Below are positions 7,795-15,858 of a stretch of DNA of 64,000 nt, piece after piece (position 1 is the first letter of the stretch; every line of letters begins with the position of its first letter). Source of the stretch: a virus; IMG/VR virus record IMGVR_UViG_3300042691_016420, positions 1 to 64,000 of that record; one strand, written 5' to 3'. The notes beneath the pieces were generated by a model, which did not search any database, was not told where the DNA came from, and saw only the letters and a list, made by a program, of their open reading frames with translations. Position numbers and translations under genes: made by a program.

Positions 7795-8340
7795 ATGAGA
7801 AAATATTATTCCACTAAGAAGGTTAAGTATAATAACTTAACCTTCGACAGTGGTCTAGAGCTTTATTTCTACAAGCTCTTGGAATCTAATAATCTACTGG
7901 AACACTTAAAGATGCAAGAACCATTTGAGTTACAAGCATCATTTAAGTATCAAGGAAGTACTATTAGAAAAATTGAATATGTATCTGATTTTTATCTAAC
8001 AGACAAGAAGATAGTTATAGAGACTAAGGGTTTACTAGAAGAGAAAGCTAAGATTAAGCATAAGATCTTCAAGTTTAAGTACCCAGATCATATCTTCTTT
8101 ATGCCTAGAAATCAGATGCAATGTAGAGAGGTACTAGAGGAAATTAAGAAAATTTATGCAGACCAATTATTACGAGAGGAGGGACATAGCCAACAGCAGC
8201 CTGTCCCTGATAAACCCAGAACAAGGGGGAAGTCCAAAGCTGTTTCTGTCTTATCTGGAGGGGACAATACAAAAGACACCTCCAAGTCCAAGTCTGGAAA
8301 ACGGAAGTCTGCTACATCTCTACGTGGAAAATCCAAGTGA
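7795..8340 (+). CDS. DUF1064-like PD-(D/E)xK endonuclease
   Basis: FDSGLE...QEPFEL...YVSDF...VIETKG. Confidence 0.7.
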   Translation: MRKYYSTKKVKYNNLTFDSGLELYFYKLLESNNLLEHLKMQEPFELQASFKYQGSTIRKIEYVSDFYLTDKKIVIETKGLLEEKAKIKHKIFKFKYPDHIFFMPRNQMQCREVLEEIKKIYADQLLREEGHSQQQPVPDKPRTRGKSKAVSVLSGGDNTKDTSKSKSGKRKSATSLRGKSK

Positions 8341-9094
8341 GTTTGTAGTATCAGAAGTTGTTAAACCTAATGAGAGTATGTGTAATGTAGTTACACAGTA
8401 CTTCCTTATCAAGGATTCTCATTTAGTTGAGACACAAGACGAAGTTCTTCTTAAAGCTGCCAGACTTGCTAACTATTACAATAATTACAAAGATGAGACT
8501 CTCTTAAATACCTTAAAGAAGAGTACTATCTATGAGTATATTGCTGAGTTAGAGAAGAATCAAGGTAAGCAGTTTATGACTAAAGAGCAGAAAGATGTTA
8601 TTGAGGGGTGTATAGAAGCCTTAAATAGCCATGCTGCTTGTGCCAAATATCTTTTTCAGGAATGGCCTGGATGTGAGATATTTAATGAGTATGAGATTTA
8701 CTTTAAGTGTAGGGATCTTGATTGTAAAGCAAGATTAGATAGACTGATTGTAAATCATGATGAGAAATATGTTGTGCTTATAGACTTGAAGACAACTTCT
8801 AAGAGAGCACAGTTCTTCCCAGATAGCTTTGAGTTCTGGAAGTATTATAGACAGATGGCATTCTATAAATATGCTCTCTCTATACAGTTCCCAGGATATG
8901 AGTTCTCTTGCTACATGCCAGTAGTTGATACTCAATACTTTACTAGACATTGTTACAAAATCTCTGAAGCACAGATAGATAGAGGTACTATTGAGTATCT
9001 TAGTTTACTTGGTAGAATTAAGTGGCATATGGAGAATAATCAATGGAATTATACTGTTGAAGAGTTTAATAACAATCATCTTATAACTTTATAA
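8156..9094 (+). CDS. PD-(D/E)xK exonuclease (RecE/ExoVIII-like)
   Basis: NSSLS, GSLLH, KARLDRL, IDLKTTS, YYRQMAFY. Confidence 0.8.
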   Translation: MQTNYYERRDIANSSLSLINPEQGGSPKLFLSYLEGTIQKTPPSPSLENGSLLHLYVENPSEFVVSEVVKPNESMCNVVTQYFLIKDSHLVETQDEVLLKAARLANYYNNYKDETLLNTLKKSTIYEYIAELEKNQGKQFMTKEQKDVIEGCIEALNSHAACAKYLFQEWPGCEIFNEYEIYFKCRDLDCKARLDRLIVNHDEKYVVLIDLKTTSKRAQFFPDSFEFWKYYRQMAFYKYALSIQFPGYEFSCYMPVVDTQYFTRHCYKISEAQIDRGTIEYLSLLGRIKWHMENNQWNYTVEEFNNNHLITL

Positions 9095-9097
9095 AAC

Positions 9098-9565
9098 ATG
9101 GCTAGAAAAGTTAGTGAGATTGGGACAAAAGGTTGGCATAACCTTTCCCTCAACTTTCAGATTATAGAAACACAGGTCATCAATGAAGTAAGGATGGCTA
9201 AGTGCTTAGATGAGAGTGGTAAAGAGTTTTATCTAGAGATAGACAAAAGTATTCTTCCTTATGTAACTTCCTCAGATATTTATTATGATATAACTGGTGG
9301 AGTAAGTAGAGAAGATGTTGTTAGAGTTATGCAAAACTCTAAGACTATTTTTACTGTAAACTACTTAGGTAAAGATAGTAAATGGAAAGCTGTTACAGGC
9401 TACTTTCTTTCTTCTAATCTTCTTGGTTATAGTATTATTTCTTCCCTAAAGGATGGAGAGGAGGTTGTTATTGATAATAGGGATATAGTATCTTTGATAA
9501 TTAATGGTATAAGGTATTATGTATATGAGCAAGACAATGAAGGACAAGAAGAGGACAGTTTATAG
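9098..9565 (+). CDS. Hypothetical protein
   Basis: 155-aa ORF in operon. Confidence 0.6.
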   Translation: MARKVSEIGTKGWHNLSLNFQIIETQVINEVRMAKCLDESGKEFYLEIDKSILPYVTSSDIYYDITGGVSREDVVRVMQNSKTIFTVNYLGKDSKWKAVTGYFLSSNLLGYSIISSLKDGEEVVIDNRDIVSLIINGIRYYVYEQDNEGQEEDSL

Positions 9566-9800
9566 GCATCCAGTAACTAATAAGTTTATCTCTAAAGCTG
9601 AGTGGGAATCTTTGCAAGAACCTAAAGGTGCAGACTTTGATGTAGAAGAAAATTATATCAAAGAGACTAAGGAGTTTATGAAAAATATTGAAGAAGACTT
9701 CAATAAACTTAGAGATAAGCTCGTAGAAACTAGTCCACCTCAGGAAGAAGAACCATCTACTTGGAAACTCTTCTTTAGTAAACTTAAGTTTTGGCAATGA
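9519..9800 (+). CDS. Hypothetical protein
   Basis: 93-aa ORF in operon. Confidence 0.55.
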   Translation: MYMSKTMKDKKRTVYRHPVTNKFISKAEWESLQEPKGADFDVEENYIKETKEFMKNIEEDFNKLRDKLVETSPPQEEEPSTWKLFFSKLKFWQ

Positions 9801-9958
9801 GCAGCTCATGTTATAAGATAGACTTTAAAACTAAAGTTATAGAGATCTATAACAAAAAGGGAGTAGGGGAGTTATTAACTTCCCTACAAGCTTTTTTAAA
9901 GGACTGGAGTGATTTTAAAATAGTTATACATAACAATGAGAGCAAAGCTGATATTTGA
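9797..9958 (+). CDS. Small 53-aa protein not in the ORF track
   Basis: ATGA overlap with upstream stop; MSSSCYKIDFKTKVIEIYNKKGVGELLTSLQAFLKDWSDFKIVIHNNESKADI; fills the gap to the next gene. Confidence 0.55.
   Translation: MSSSCYKIDFKTKVIEIYNKKGVGELLTSLQAFLKDWSDFKIVIHNNESKADI
9863..9897 (+). terminator. Hairpin with T-run, possible intrinsic terminator/attenuator
   Basis: GTAGGGGAGTT-ATT-AACTTCCCTAC then AAGCTTTTTT; lies inside the small ORF. Confidence 0.4.
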
Positions 9959-10163
9959 CTTGGATAATATGGATGATCTTGCAGCTTATGAGAGGTGCAA
10001 TAGGTCTTTAGATATGTCTCTTGCTTTATGGGATTTCTCTCAAAAGCTAAGGTCTATCTCTAAGTATGGTAGTGGGGAGGAAGATGATATAGAAAGTATC
10101 TCTAAGAGTTTCTATGAGATTCTTGAGGAGCACAACATTAATTTAGAAAAATTAATTCTTTAA
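9936..10163 (+). CDS. Hypothetical protein
   Basis: 75-aa ORF directly upstream of RNR. Confidence 0.6.
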   Translation: MRAKLIFDLDNMDDLAAYERCNRSLDMSLALWDFSQKLRSISKYGSGEEDDIESISKSFYEILEEHNINLEKLIL

Positions 10164-10169
10164 ATATAT

Positions 10170-12077
10170 ATGAGTAACAGTAATATTGGTCTGGAGATTC
10201 TCTCAGACATTGTAACATTTAATAAGTATGCTAAGTTTAAACCTCTCTTTAACAGGAGGGAAACTTACTCTGAGATTGTAGACAGGTATGTAGACATGAT
10301 GAAAGAGAAGTATCCTATGCTGTCTAAAGATATTGATGATAATGCAGTATACTTATATGAGAAGAAAGTTTTACCATCTATGAGAGCTATGCAGTTTGCT
10401 GGCGATGCTATCCTTAAAAATGAGGCTAGGATTTACAACTGCTGCTATCTTCCAGTAGATGATTATAGAGCTTTTGGAGAAATTATGTTTCTACTTCTTG
10501 GAGGCACTGGGGTTGGATACAGTGTACAGTATTCTCATATTGAGAAACTTCCAGAAATTAGAAAGCCTCTGAAGGAACAGAAGTTCTTAGTAGGAGATAG
10601 TATTGAGGGGTGGGCTGATGCTGTGAAACATCTTGTAGCTTCTTATCTTGGTGGTAGAAATACTAAACCTAGGTTTGATTTCTCAGATATCAGACCAAAA
10701 GGTACTAGATTGATTACTGCAGGTGGTAAAGCACCTGGTCCTGAGCCACTTAAAGATTGTCTATTTAGAATTGAGAAGATTTTGAATAGAAAGGAAGATG
10801 GTGAAAAACTTACTTCGCTAGAGGTACACGATATTGTATGTCATATTGCAGACTCAGTTTTAGCAGGTGGTATTAGAAGAGCAGCTCTAATCAGCCTATT
10901 CTCTGCTAATGATGAAGATATGCTTACCTGTAAGTTTGGAAGTTGGTGGGAACAAAATCCTCAGAGAGGTAGAGCTAACAACTCTGCAGTTCTTGTAAGA
11001 CATAAGATTACTAAGGAGTTTTTCCTAGATCTTTGGAAGAAGATTGAGCTCTCTGGTAGTGGAGAACCTGGATTTTACTTTACTAATAACTCTGACTGGG
11101 GTACTAATCCTTGCTGTGAGATTGCACTGAGACCCTATCAGTTCTGTAATCTCTGTGAGGTTAATGTATCTAACATTGATTCTCAGGATGATTTTCATAA
11201 CAGAGTTATTGTAGCTTCATTCTTTGGAACTTTGCAAGCAGGATTTACAGATTTTCATTATCTTCGTCCTATCTGGAAGAAGACTACTGAGAAGGATGCT
11301 CTGATTGGTGTAGGCATGACAGGCATTGCTAGTATGGAAGTTTTCAAGTATGATATTGAGGGGGCAGCAGAATTAGTTAGACAAACAAATGAATACATTG
11401 CAAAAATTATTGGTGTTAACAAAGCAGCAAGGACTACATGTGTTAAGCCGTCTGGGACAACTAGTTGCGTTCTTGGTACTAGCTCTGGTATCCATGCTTG
11501 GCATAATGATTACTACATCCGCAGAATGCAGTTGGGAAAACACGAAGAACTTTATAAGTACCTTCATGAGAACCATCCTGCCTTAGTTAAGGATCATCTC
11601 TTGATTCCTAACTCTGCTGTAGTTGAGATTCCTATTCAGGCTCCTGAGGGTGCTGTAACTAGGCATGAGAGTGCTCTAGAATTACTTGAGAGAGTTAAGA
11701 GTATTTCTGATAGATGGATTAAACCAGGACATGTTAAAGGTGATAATACTCACAATGTATCTGCTACTATCTCTATTGATAAAGCTAGGATGTATCCTAG
11801 AAGTATGAAGATGAGTGACTATGAGGAGATAGATGAGTGGGAAATGGTAGGAGAGTGGATGTGGAATAATAAAGAGTCTTTTAATGGTCTCTCTGTACTA
11901 CCATTCTTTGGAGGCACATATTCTCAAGCACCATTTGAGGATATTACTAAAGAGCAGTATGAGGAGATGGTATCTCATCTAGATTCTATAGACTTATCTA
12001 AAGTAGTAGAGTTTGATGATGTTACAGACCTAAAAGGTGAGGTAGCTTGTGGTGCCGATGGTTGTGAGATTAAATAA
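10170..12077 (+). CDS. nrdJ: Class II (B12-dependent) ribonucleotide reductase
   Basis: PSMRAMQ, YNCC, GTGVG, RRAALIS, TNPCCEI, CNLCE, KPSGT, C-terminal CGADGC; no adjacent NrdB. Confidence 0.9.
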   Translation: MSNSNIGLEILSDIVTFNKYAKFKPLFNRRETYSEIVDRYVDMMKEKYPMLSKDIDDNAVYLYEKKVLPSMRAMQFAGDAILKNEARIYNCCYLPVDDYRAFGEIMFLLLGGTGVGYSVQYSHIEKLPEIRKPLKEQKFLVGDSIEGWADAVKHLVASYLGGRNTKPRFDFSDIRPKGTRLITAGGKAPGPEPLKDCLFRIEKILNRKEDGEKLTSLEVHDIVCHIADSVLAGGIRRAALISLFSANDEDMLTCKFGSWWEQNPQRGRANNSAVLVRHKITKEFFLDLWKKIELSGSGEPGFYFTNNSDWGTNPCCEIALRPYQFCNLCEVNVSNIDSQDDFHNRVIVASFFGTLQAGFTDFHYLRPIWKKTTEKDALIGVGMTGIASMEVFKYDIEGAAELVRQTNEYIAKIIGVNKAARTTCVKPSGTTSCVLGTSSGIHAWHNDYYIRRMQLGKHEELYKYLHENHPALVKDHLLIPNSAVVEIPIQAPEGAVTRHESALELLERVKSISDRWIKPGHVKGDNTHNVSATISIDKARMYPRSMKMSDYEEIDEWEMVGEWMWNNKESFNGLSVLPFFGGTYSQAPFEDITKEQYEEMVSHLDSIDLSKVVEFDDVTDLKGEVACGADGCEIK

Positions 12078-12084
12078 GAAGAAT

Positions 12085-12237
12085 ATGGAAAAAATAACCT
12101 TAACAGAGCAAGAAAGAGAAGCTCTTAGGGCCTACTTTGATGAGGTAACTATCAACCTCAGCTCATTAATCAAAAAGATAGGATTAGATAAAGTTAAATT
12201 GCTTTCAGCTACAATAGATAAGATTTATGGAAATTAA
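12085..12237 (+). CDS. Small hypothetical protein
   Basis: ATG 12085 after RNR stop; overlaps next start. Confidence 0.5.
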   Translation: MEKITLTEQEREALRAYFDEVTINLSSLIKKIGLDKVKLLSATIDKIYGN

Positions 12238-12766
12238 TTATAACAACTATGAAGAACTTGCAAGTACAACTTGCAAAGACTTAGGAACAGAGGGTGCTAA
12301 TATTCTTCACATGAAGATGGGTATTATCACAGAAGCTGCAGAGGTAGTAGATATTCTTAAAAAGAAACATGCCTATGGTAAGGATATAGATATTCCTCAT
12401 CTAAAGGAAGAACTAGGTGATATCATGTGGTATGCTTCTAACTATTGCAAGTTTATGAATATGGACTTTGCTAATGTTATTGATAATATTACCTATGAAC
12501 CTCTATATGATAGGAGCACAGACTTCTCAATGTATGAGCTAATGGAGCTTATTGTCATCAATGCTACAGCATTAGATATTAACTCTGTCTATGATATTGT
12601 AGATCTTACTCTATATGCTATTGAGCAAGTAGATGGTACTCTTGATGAAGTTCTTACTACTAACATTAAGAAACTAGCAGCTAGGTATCCAGAAGGATTT
12701 TCTTCTTACTATGCTCTGAATAGAAACTTAGATAAAGAAAAGAATATTATTGATGGAAAAGAGTAA
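12227..12766 (+). CDS. MazG-like NTP pyrophosphohydrolase
   Basis: GIITEAAEVVDILKK, KEELGDIMWY, NIKKLAARYPEGF. Confidence 0.85.
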   Translation: MEINYNNYEELASTTCKDLGTEGANILHMKMGIITEAAEVVDILKKKHAYGKDIDIPHLKEELGDIMWYASNYCKFMNMDFANVIDNITYEPLYDRSTDFSMYELMELIVINATALDINSVYDIVDLTLYAIEQVDGTLDEVLTTNIKKLAARYPEGFSSYYALNRNLDKEKNIIDGKE

Positions 12767-13094
12767 GCAACTAGAGCTCTATCAAGAGATTGATGAGAAG
12801 ATTAGAAAAATTGCAAGCTCAAAAGCACATGATTATGCAACAGAGGATGTCTTAAATAACTTTAAGACTGTATCTGCTGCAGCTAAGGAGTTGGGTCTGA
12901 ATGTTACAGACCCAACAAATTATGCTCTCTTCATGGTACTGCTTAAGATTGCAAGAATTAGTAACCTTATTAATAATAATAAGTGGCCTAATAATGAGAG
13001 TATAGATGATAGCTTCTTAGATGGCATTAACTACTTTAAGCTAGCATACTGTAACTATAAGGACAGAAAGATAGAACTAGATTTAGATTGGTGA
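12750..13094 (+). CDS. Small helical nucleotide-metabolism-associated protein (DUF1599/DUF6378-like)
   Basis: KAHDYA...NNF, LKIARI, ESIDDSFLDGINY. Confidence 0.55.
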   Translation: MMEKSKQLELYQEIDEKIRKIASSKAHDYATEDVLNNFKTVSAAAKELGLNVTDPTNYALFMVLLKIARISNLINNNKWPNNESIDDSFLDGINYFKLAYCNYKDRKIELDLDW

Positions 13095-13978
13095 TGAAAA
13101 TACAAGCAAAGATATTAGCAGATAGTATTAGTGAGAGAGGAGATAGGATAACAACCTATCTCCTAACTTTCCCTAGGATTATACTTGCAGAATTTAATAC
13201 ACACAGAGCATTCTCTAGAAACTCAGCAAGCAGTAGAGCTATCCCTTTCAAGAAGATGGTAGAGAGTGTACAGACTAATCCCTTTATTCCTATTGCTTGG
13301 CAGAAAGATCATAAGGGTATGCAGGGCACTGAGTACTTAAGTGATGCCCCAGCTGGAGTTAGTGATAAAGAATTTGCTATTGATATGTGGTTAGAAGCTA
13401 GAGATGCAGCTGTAATTAACTCTAAAATCTTGAATGATACTGGTGTTACTAAACAGCTATGCAATAGACTTCTAGAACCCTTTATGTGGCACACAGTTAT
13501 TTGTACTGCTACAGAGTATGAAAATTTCTTTAAACTTAGAGATCATGAAGCTGCAGAAATTCATATCCAGGAGTTAGCAAGAAGAATGAAAGAAGCTATG
13601 AGTAATAGTACTCCTAAGGTTTTGCAAACAGGAGAATGGCATATACCATTTGGTGATACTATAGATTTATCTGGAGAAAAATATGCTGAGGCAGCTATTA
13701 ATGAAGAGGGTAACTGGGAAGAAGTTGCTATGAAGATTGCTACTGCAAAATGTGCCAGAGTATCTTACACAACTGTAGGCTCAACAAGTAGTAACTCACA
13801 TACAGCTGATATAGAGTTGTATAACAGATTGTTAGAATCTGGGCACATGTCACCATTTGAGCACTGTGCACAAGTTATGGAGCCAGAGAGATACTTTGAG
13901 AGACCTTACAGTAGGAACTTCAGAGGATTTATGCAGTATAGAGAGTTGGTAGAGGATGTAGAGATTATTCCTCACTAA
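13094..13978 (+). CDS. thyX: Flavin-dependent thymidylate synthase
   Basis: EFNTHRAFSRNSASSRAIP, KQLCNRLLEPF, FFKLR, ARVSY, GHMSPFEH. Confidence 0.9.
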   Translation: MKIQAKILADSISERGDRITTYLLTFPRIILAEFNTHRAFSRNSASSRAIPFKKMVESVQTNPFIPIAWQKDHKGMQGTEYLSDAPAGVSDKEFAIDMWLEARDAAVINSKILNDTGVTKQLCNRLLEPFMWHTVICTATEYENFFKLRDHEAAEIHIQELARRMKEAMSNSTPKVLQTGEWHIPFGDTIDLSGEKYAEAAINEEGNWEEVAMKIATAKCARVSYTTVGSTSSNSHTADIELYNRLLESGHMSPFEHCAQVMEPERYFERPYSRNFRGFMQYRELVEDVEIIPH

Positions 13979-14276
13979 CTCCATTCTTCCTCTTAAAAAC
14001 TATCTTCTCAAGATACTCATTCTTGAGCCTTAGAAGAAGATTATCTGTCTCAGATTTAGAATAGCTATCCTTAGTCTTACTGTCTAAGATATCTATTTTA
14101 TTCTTTAGAGAAGTAATCTCTGAAGCAAAATTAACCTTAAAACCTTGAAACTCTTTCTGTACTTCTCTGGAATTGTTTCTAATATCCCAAAGGAATCTAA
14201 TTACAGTTGTAATTCCTATTACAGTAATAGGAACAATGATTTTCATAATCATTATAAGAGTTTCAATGCCAGTCAT
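13965..14276 (-). CDS. Single-TM coiled-coil membrane protein (holin-like?)
   Basis: N-terminal hydrophobic helix followed by coiled coil; last gene of late arm. Confidence 0.45.
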   Translation of the reverse strand: MTGIETLIMIMKIIVPITVIGITTVIRFLWDIRNNSREVQKEFQGFKVNFASEITSLKNKIDILDSKTKDSYSKSETDNLLLRLKNEYLEKIVFKRKNGVSEE

Positions 14277-14704
14277 TATTCAAAGAAGCGTTTAAAATTA
14301 AAAATAGGTTTAGGGATTGGTTTAGGCTTTAGTTGAAGTATCCTAGATTTTGTTTGAATCTTAGGATACTTCTCTTCTAAAGTTCTGATTTTTACTATAC
14401 TATATCCCTCTTCAAGCTTCAAATCTACATAATCATCTGGAGCTAAGTATAGGACATCATATGGTGCAAGTGTTGTTCCCCTAAATAAAGCTATTCTAAT
14501 TGGGCTTACTGAACTGTCGGCTTTATAATACCATCTACTTTCTTCTGTGTAAATAGTATCAGTATCCACTTCTAGTTTAGAATTAATACAGACTTTCTGC
14601 CCAACAGGTCCCATAAGGACTACTGCTAGTAATAATGTAACAAATAGGATTCCTAATCCTACATATGCTACACTATTGCTGTAATCTATATTATCCTGTT
14701 CCAT
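14276..14704 (-). CDS. Membrane-anchored hypothetical protein
   Basis: TM helix VAYVGLGILFVTLLLAVVLMG. Confidence 0.5.
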   Translation of the reverse strand: MEQDNIDYSNSVAYVGLGILFVTLLLAVVLMGPVGQKVCINSKLEVDTDTIYTEESRWYYKADSSVSPIRIALFRGTTLAPYDVLYLAPDDYVDLKLEEGYSIVKIRTLEEKYPKIQTKSRILQLKPKPIPKPIFNFKRFFE

Positions 14705-14718
14705 CCGTGGAGTTTTTT

Positions 14719-15027
14719 TTAACTGACTAGTTTCTCAAATGCTTCAAGCTCATCTGGCCCTTTGATGATGATTCTCATCTCATCTTCAGAGAATGTAGGA
14801 AGCTCATATTCTGTAGTAGTCTTATCAGCAAATACTTCCTGAACAGTAACCTTGGCTTCTTCCAGAGCATCCATAGTAATTTGTAAAGACTTCTTAATAG
14901 AGAGGAGTTTTACACTCAAATCATAATTTAGAAATTGCTCTTGTTTGTTCCTAGCAGAAATTCCCATTACTGCTGTAAACAGGATGTAAGCATCACCCTT
15001 ACTCAGATCAAATGTCTTTTTTGTCAT
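14719..15027 (-). CDS. Hypothetical protein
   Basis: 102-aa ORF. Confidence 0.55.
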   Translation of the reverse strand: MTKKTFDLSKGDAYILFTAVMGISARNKQEQFLNYDLSVKLLSIKKSLQITMDALEEAKVTVQEVFADKTTTEYELPTFSEDEMRIIIKGPDELEAFEKLVS

Positions 15028-15487
15028 GTTGTACTATTATTTTGTTTTTACCTACACTTTTATACGAGGATAATAGGGTATTAGCTGTAGCTAACCAGTA
15101 ATCTTTTAATCTAAAGATATATGCAATGCTTTGAAAACAGTTAGAAGTCTTCATATCTGAGAATTTTTTTGTAAGATATGTCCAATATCCTGCATCATAT
15201 TTATTCCCTAGTATCTCATCAAACCTTTTTCTTGAGTATGTAGGAATATCTATAACAATAAAGTCTCTTTCTCTTTCTTCCTGCTCCATCCACCACTTAT
15301 CCAAAGTTTTAGTTACTCTAAACCCTGTTGTTCCACTCTCGCAAATATAAAGCTTTCCATTAAAATCTCTAACTAATTGGGCATGGTTATAGTTACTTTT
15401 TGTAAAGTATCTAATAAGCCACCAATATACTCTTTGAAAAATATTACCTTTGGTATTTTTCACTAGTATGATATCCCAATCTTTCAT
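15008..15487 (-). CDS. Permuted papain-like NlpC/P60 (YiiX/YebB-like) enzyme
   Basis: DIILV...YNHAQL (His before Cys), LGNKYD, NCFQSIAYIF. Confidence 0.7.
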   Translation of the reverse strand: MKDWDIILVKNTKGNIFQRVYWWLIRYFTKSNYNHAQLVRDFNGKLYICESGTTGFRVTKTLDKWWMEQEERERDFIVIDIPTYSRKRFDEILGNKYDAGYWTYLTKKFSDMKTSNCFQSIAYIFRLKDYWLATANTLLSSYKSVGKNKIIVQHDKKDI

Positions 15488-15488
15488 C

Positions 15489-15848
15489 TTAGTTAAAGCG
15501 TCCTAGGCTATCTGCCCAAGCTACCTTAGCTTCTACGATATCAGAGATAACTACTGGTACATCCATCATAGCCATGAAGAACTCATACTCAGTCATTACT
15601 GCAGTAGGGTCTCCTTCTGGAACTATATTACCATTCTGATCTACCCAAGTAGTATTATCTGCTCTTAGAGTAACCCATTTAAATGGTATAAGTCTCATTG
15701 GTGTAACACCATCATTCTCATAATACTTTACTAAAAGTTTTAGGTTTACACATTGACCAGAAACTTCTTCTATCTCAATGTAGATAGAACCTAATTCTAC
15801 CTTTCTTTTAAAGCCATATTTAGGCTCATCACTTATATTGTATATCAT
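15489..15848 (-). CDS. Hypothetical protein (possible fibre chaperone)
   Basis: Directly follows tail fibre gene. Confidence 0.5.
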   Translation of the reverse strand: MIYNISDEPKYGFKRKVELGSIYIEIEEVSGQCVNLKLLVKYYENDGVTPMRLIPFKWVTLRADNTTWVDQNGNIVPEGDPTAVMTEYEFFMAMMDVPVVISDIVEAKVAWADSLGRFN

Positions 15849-15858
15849 AATTTTATTT

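Noticed and set aside
10170-12077. Intein or intron in the RNR
   Set aside because: Length and motif spacing fit an uninterrupted compact class II enzyme
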